DNA of 64,000 nucleotides from Blasia pusilla (Eukaryota): positions 36,580,001 to 36,644,000 of the forward strand of contig CM114271.1 in the NCBI GenBank assembly GCA_050084515.1, read 5' to 3'. This document shows positions 62,101-64,000 of the stretch, in pieces. Below the pieces are notes generated by a model. That model saw nothing but the letters and a program-made list of their open reading frames with translations, was not told where the DNA came from and did no database searches. Within the stretch, counting starts at the first letter, position 1, and every line of letters starts with the position of its first letter. Position numbers and translations under genes: made by a program.

Positions 62101-64000
62101 GTTACTTTTCCCTGTGGAATGAAGATGGGAATGCATTCTTTCCTCAAAACGTCGTTTTCCTTGGCAACAAGACAATCAGGAACGACCGGTCTAATTTAGC
62201 AAATGTCACTGGCTTATATATTAAAATTCTTGGAGAAGGCACCGCTGGAACATCCTGACCCTGTGACGAACAACGCTGGTGAAGCACGACCAGAATATGC
62301 GCTACAGAAACATGGTCCCGGTAAACAACATTATTTCTCATGGACCAGTTAAGAATCTCTCTTTTCCCCTTTTAACTCGGTCTGGCATTTGCTTGCAAGG
62401 GTGCTCGCTGGAAGAAGGAATTTATTTTTTTTAAATGTCGCAACCTGCTCAGATGCAGCTACGGATGAACAACTCTCTCCCACCAAGATCGACATATACA
62501 TCCTGCAGAAGATGGTTAGCCAGGCTGTTACACAAAGCGCCAAAGTTTCTAACATCAGGCCCCAGTTCTATCTTTGGCCACCTTATCGACCAGGCTCTAC
62601 GCTTTTCCATCTTCTTTGAGAAAATCTTATTTGTCTTGCACGCCCAGGGTTCTGCAATTTGCATCTCGTGTTGACACTCGGCACTCGTCATCGACAGAAA
62701 ATCTAAATCTTGACGAGGAAAAGGAGCTCGCTACTGATTGCCGTCTGTTCCCGGGCCTTTTAGATCCCTCGCCAGCCCTAGCGCTGGCCTTGGAGATCCC
62801 TCGGACCCACCTCGCTTGTCTCGGCGAGTGACGCGAGTCGCCGTAGTAGGAGTGTTTATCCACATCTCGACATGCGACTAGTGCAGCAATCAAGAGGTCA
62901 GTTTCTTCTGGCGACTTTCTATGCTCCAGATTTTGCCACACATGCGTACTGAGGCCGACGCTTACATACAGTCGCAGGGCCCAATACTCGCCATCATCAT
63001 CATCATCATCCTCCTCATCACGATCTCTGGCATGCGTGCGCGCACTGCGTATTATCGCTTTCTTCGGAAGCGCGTTTTCGATCCACTTGCAATTGAATGA
63101 ATGCATTCAATTTCGTCACAGTACTCGAAGATTTCCCGGCATAATCCGGTGGACTTGTGTTTGGCCCACTCAACTCCCATCTCCAACGTGTGTCTCCGCG
63201 GCCATGCGACATCGGTCAGGCATTTGGACTTTGGACCACTTCCATCGCACGACTCGCTAAATGTAACTCAATTCTATCAATTAGCTCTTGGCCTCCCCAC
63301 CCGTGCGTCATTGAGGCCAGCATATTCTTCGTGGATCTAGACCGCGATCCAGATGCTGATGTAGGAGTGGCCACGAAGCGAGTCAGACTGTTTAGTTGGA
63401 ACCACTGCAGTGTTGTCTGCTTAAAGCGATTGGGGTGTCACCAAGTCCAGAGAAGACGGATGGTGAATTTGTCCACTTTGAAGCAACTTCCTTGTGCTGC
63501 TAAATCATGTGATCCAAATGCATTGTGTAGCATTCGCACCGCACTCCAACCCAGACAGATCACACAAAGTTCATGTGGCGGTCGTCATCTGGCAGTGGTC
63601 CCTTGCTCCCAACCACCGTAGTCTCAATCTACTGCCATGGAAGTAGACGTCTGATGACTATGGAAGCCGCCTGTCATACTGAATTTTCTCCAGGAAAGCA
63701 GCTTTTCACCTCAACTTTCGTCAAAGATCACAGGTATCTCCAATGTTCTTGGAATCAAAATGTACGGCCGAGATTAGAATTCTGGAAACTGGTGAAACAG
63801 CACTGGCTCTCCCAAATTCTTGGCAAAGGCGTAGATCACCATTAAGAGGTTCCTTTCCCAGTGGAAGGTAACTCTGCCCTGTCCAAGTTTCTTGGAACCG
63901 AAACTTACTGATGACATTTGATAAGAACATTCGTGCTTTGTGATATTATGGTGAGGCGATCGGTCTCCATAGCGTTAATGCGCTTCGAACCCCCGACAGT
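59200..64000. other. Non-TE, CpG-retaining host-like sequence (possible promoter, UTR or intron of a neighbouring gene)
   Basis: GC- and CG-rich relative to the TE block, with pyrimidine tracts and ACGTG motifs (60534, 60738). No recognisable protein in any ORF. Confidence 0.35.
61378..61700. repeat. Diverged ~155-bp direct repeat, about 2 copies
   Basis: GGATGGGGCTCG, CTCTGACCAGA, GTGGAGGTAGA and GCTTTCCCGAT each occur twice, about 150-155 bp apart. Confidence 0.65.

Noticed and set aside
59253-63930. ORFs such as 59731-60369, 60823-61410 and 62627-63106 as host genes
   Set aside because: No recognisable domains. Overlapping ORFs on both strands are expected by chance in GC-rich DNA.

Overview
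Eukaryotic, plant-like, heavily nested transposon block (about 1-58,900), followed by about 5 kb of non-TE, CpG-retaining sequence in which I recognise no CDS. A non-seed-plant or algal origin is plausible but cannot be shown from the sequence. Main result: four decayed copies (three subfamilies) of a Ty3/Gypsy retrotransposon whose single gag-pol frame reads Gag - aspartic protease - DNMT3-like C5 cytosine methyltransferase - RT - RNase H - DDE integrase - PHD finger. The two best-preserved copies (10347-20060, 48879-57709) lack ordinary LTR pairs. They have split direct repeats A...B-A-B, an architecture known from tyrosine-recombinase PAT/Ngaro elements, plus a Tf1-like self-priming site in place of a tRNA PBS. 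The junctions fit integration of a 2-LTR circle at an internal CA-NN-TG att-like junction (inference). Also present: a large CACTA element (TIR ending 20326) carrying a ~350-bp tandem array and a tRNA-Ala pseudogene, a young Galadriel-like chromovirus, two solo LTRs, a CRE-like RLE non-LTR element with a 77-bp target duplication, and several template-switch inversion scars. All recognised coding regions are pseudogenised. Identities and difference counts were made by eye.
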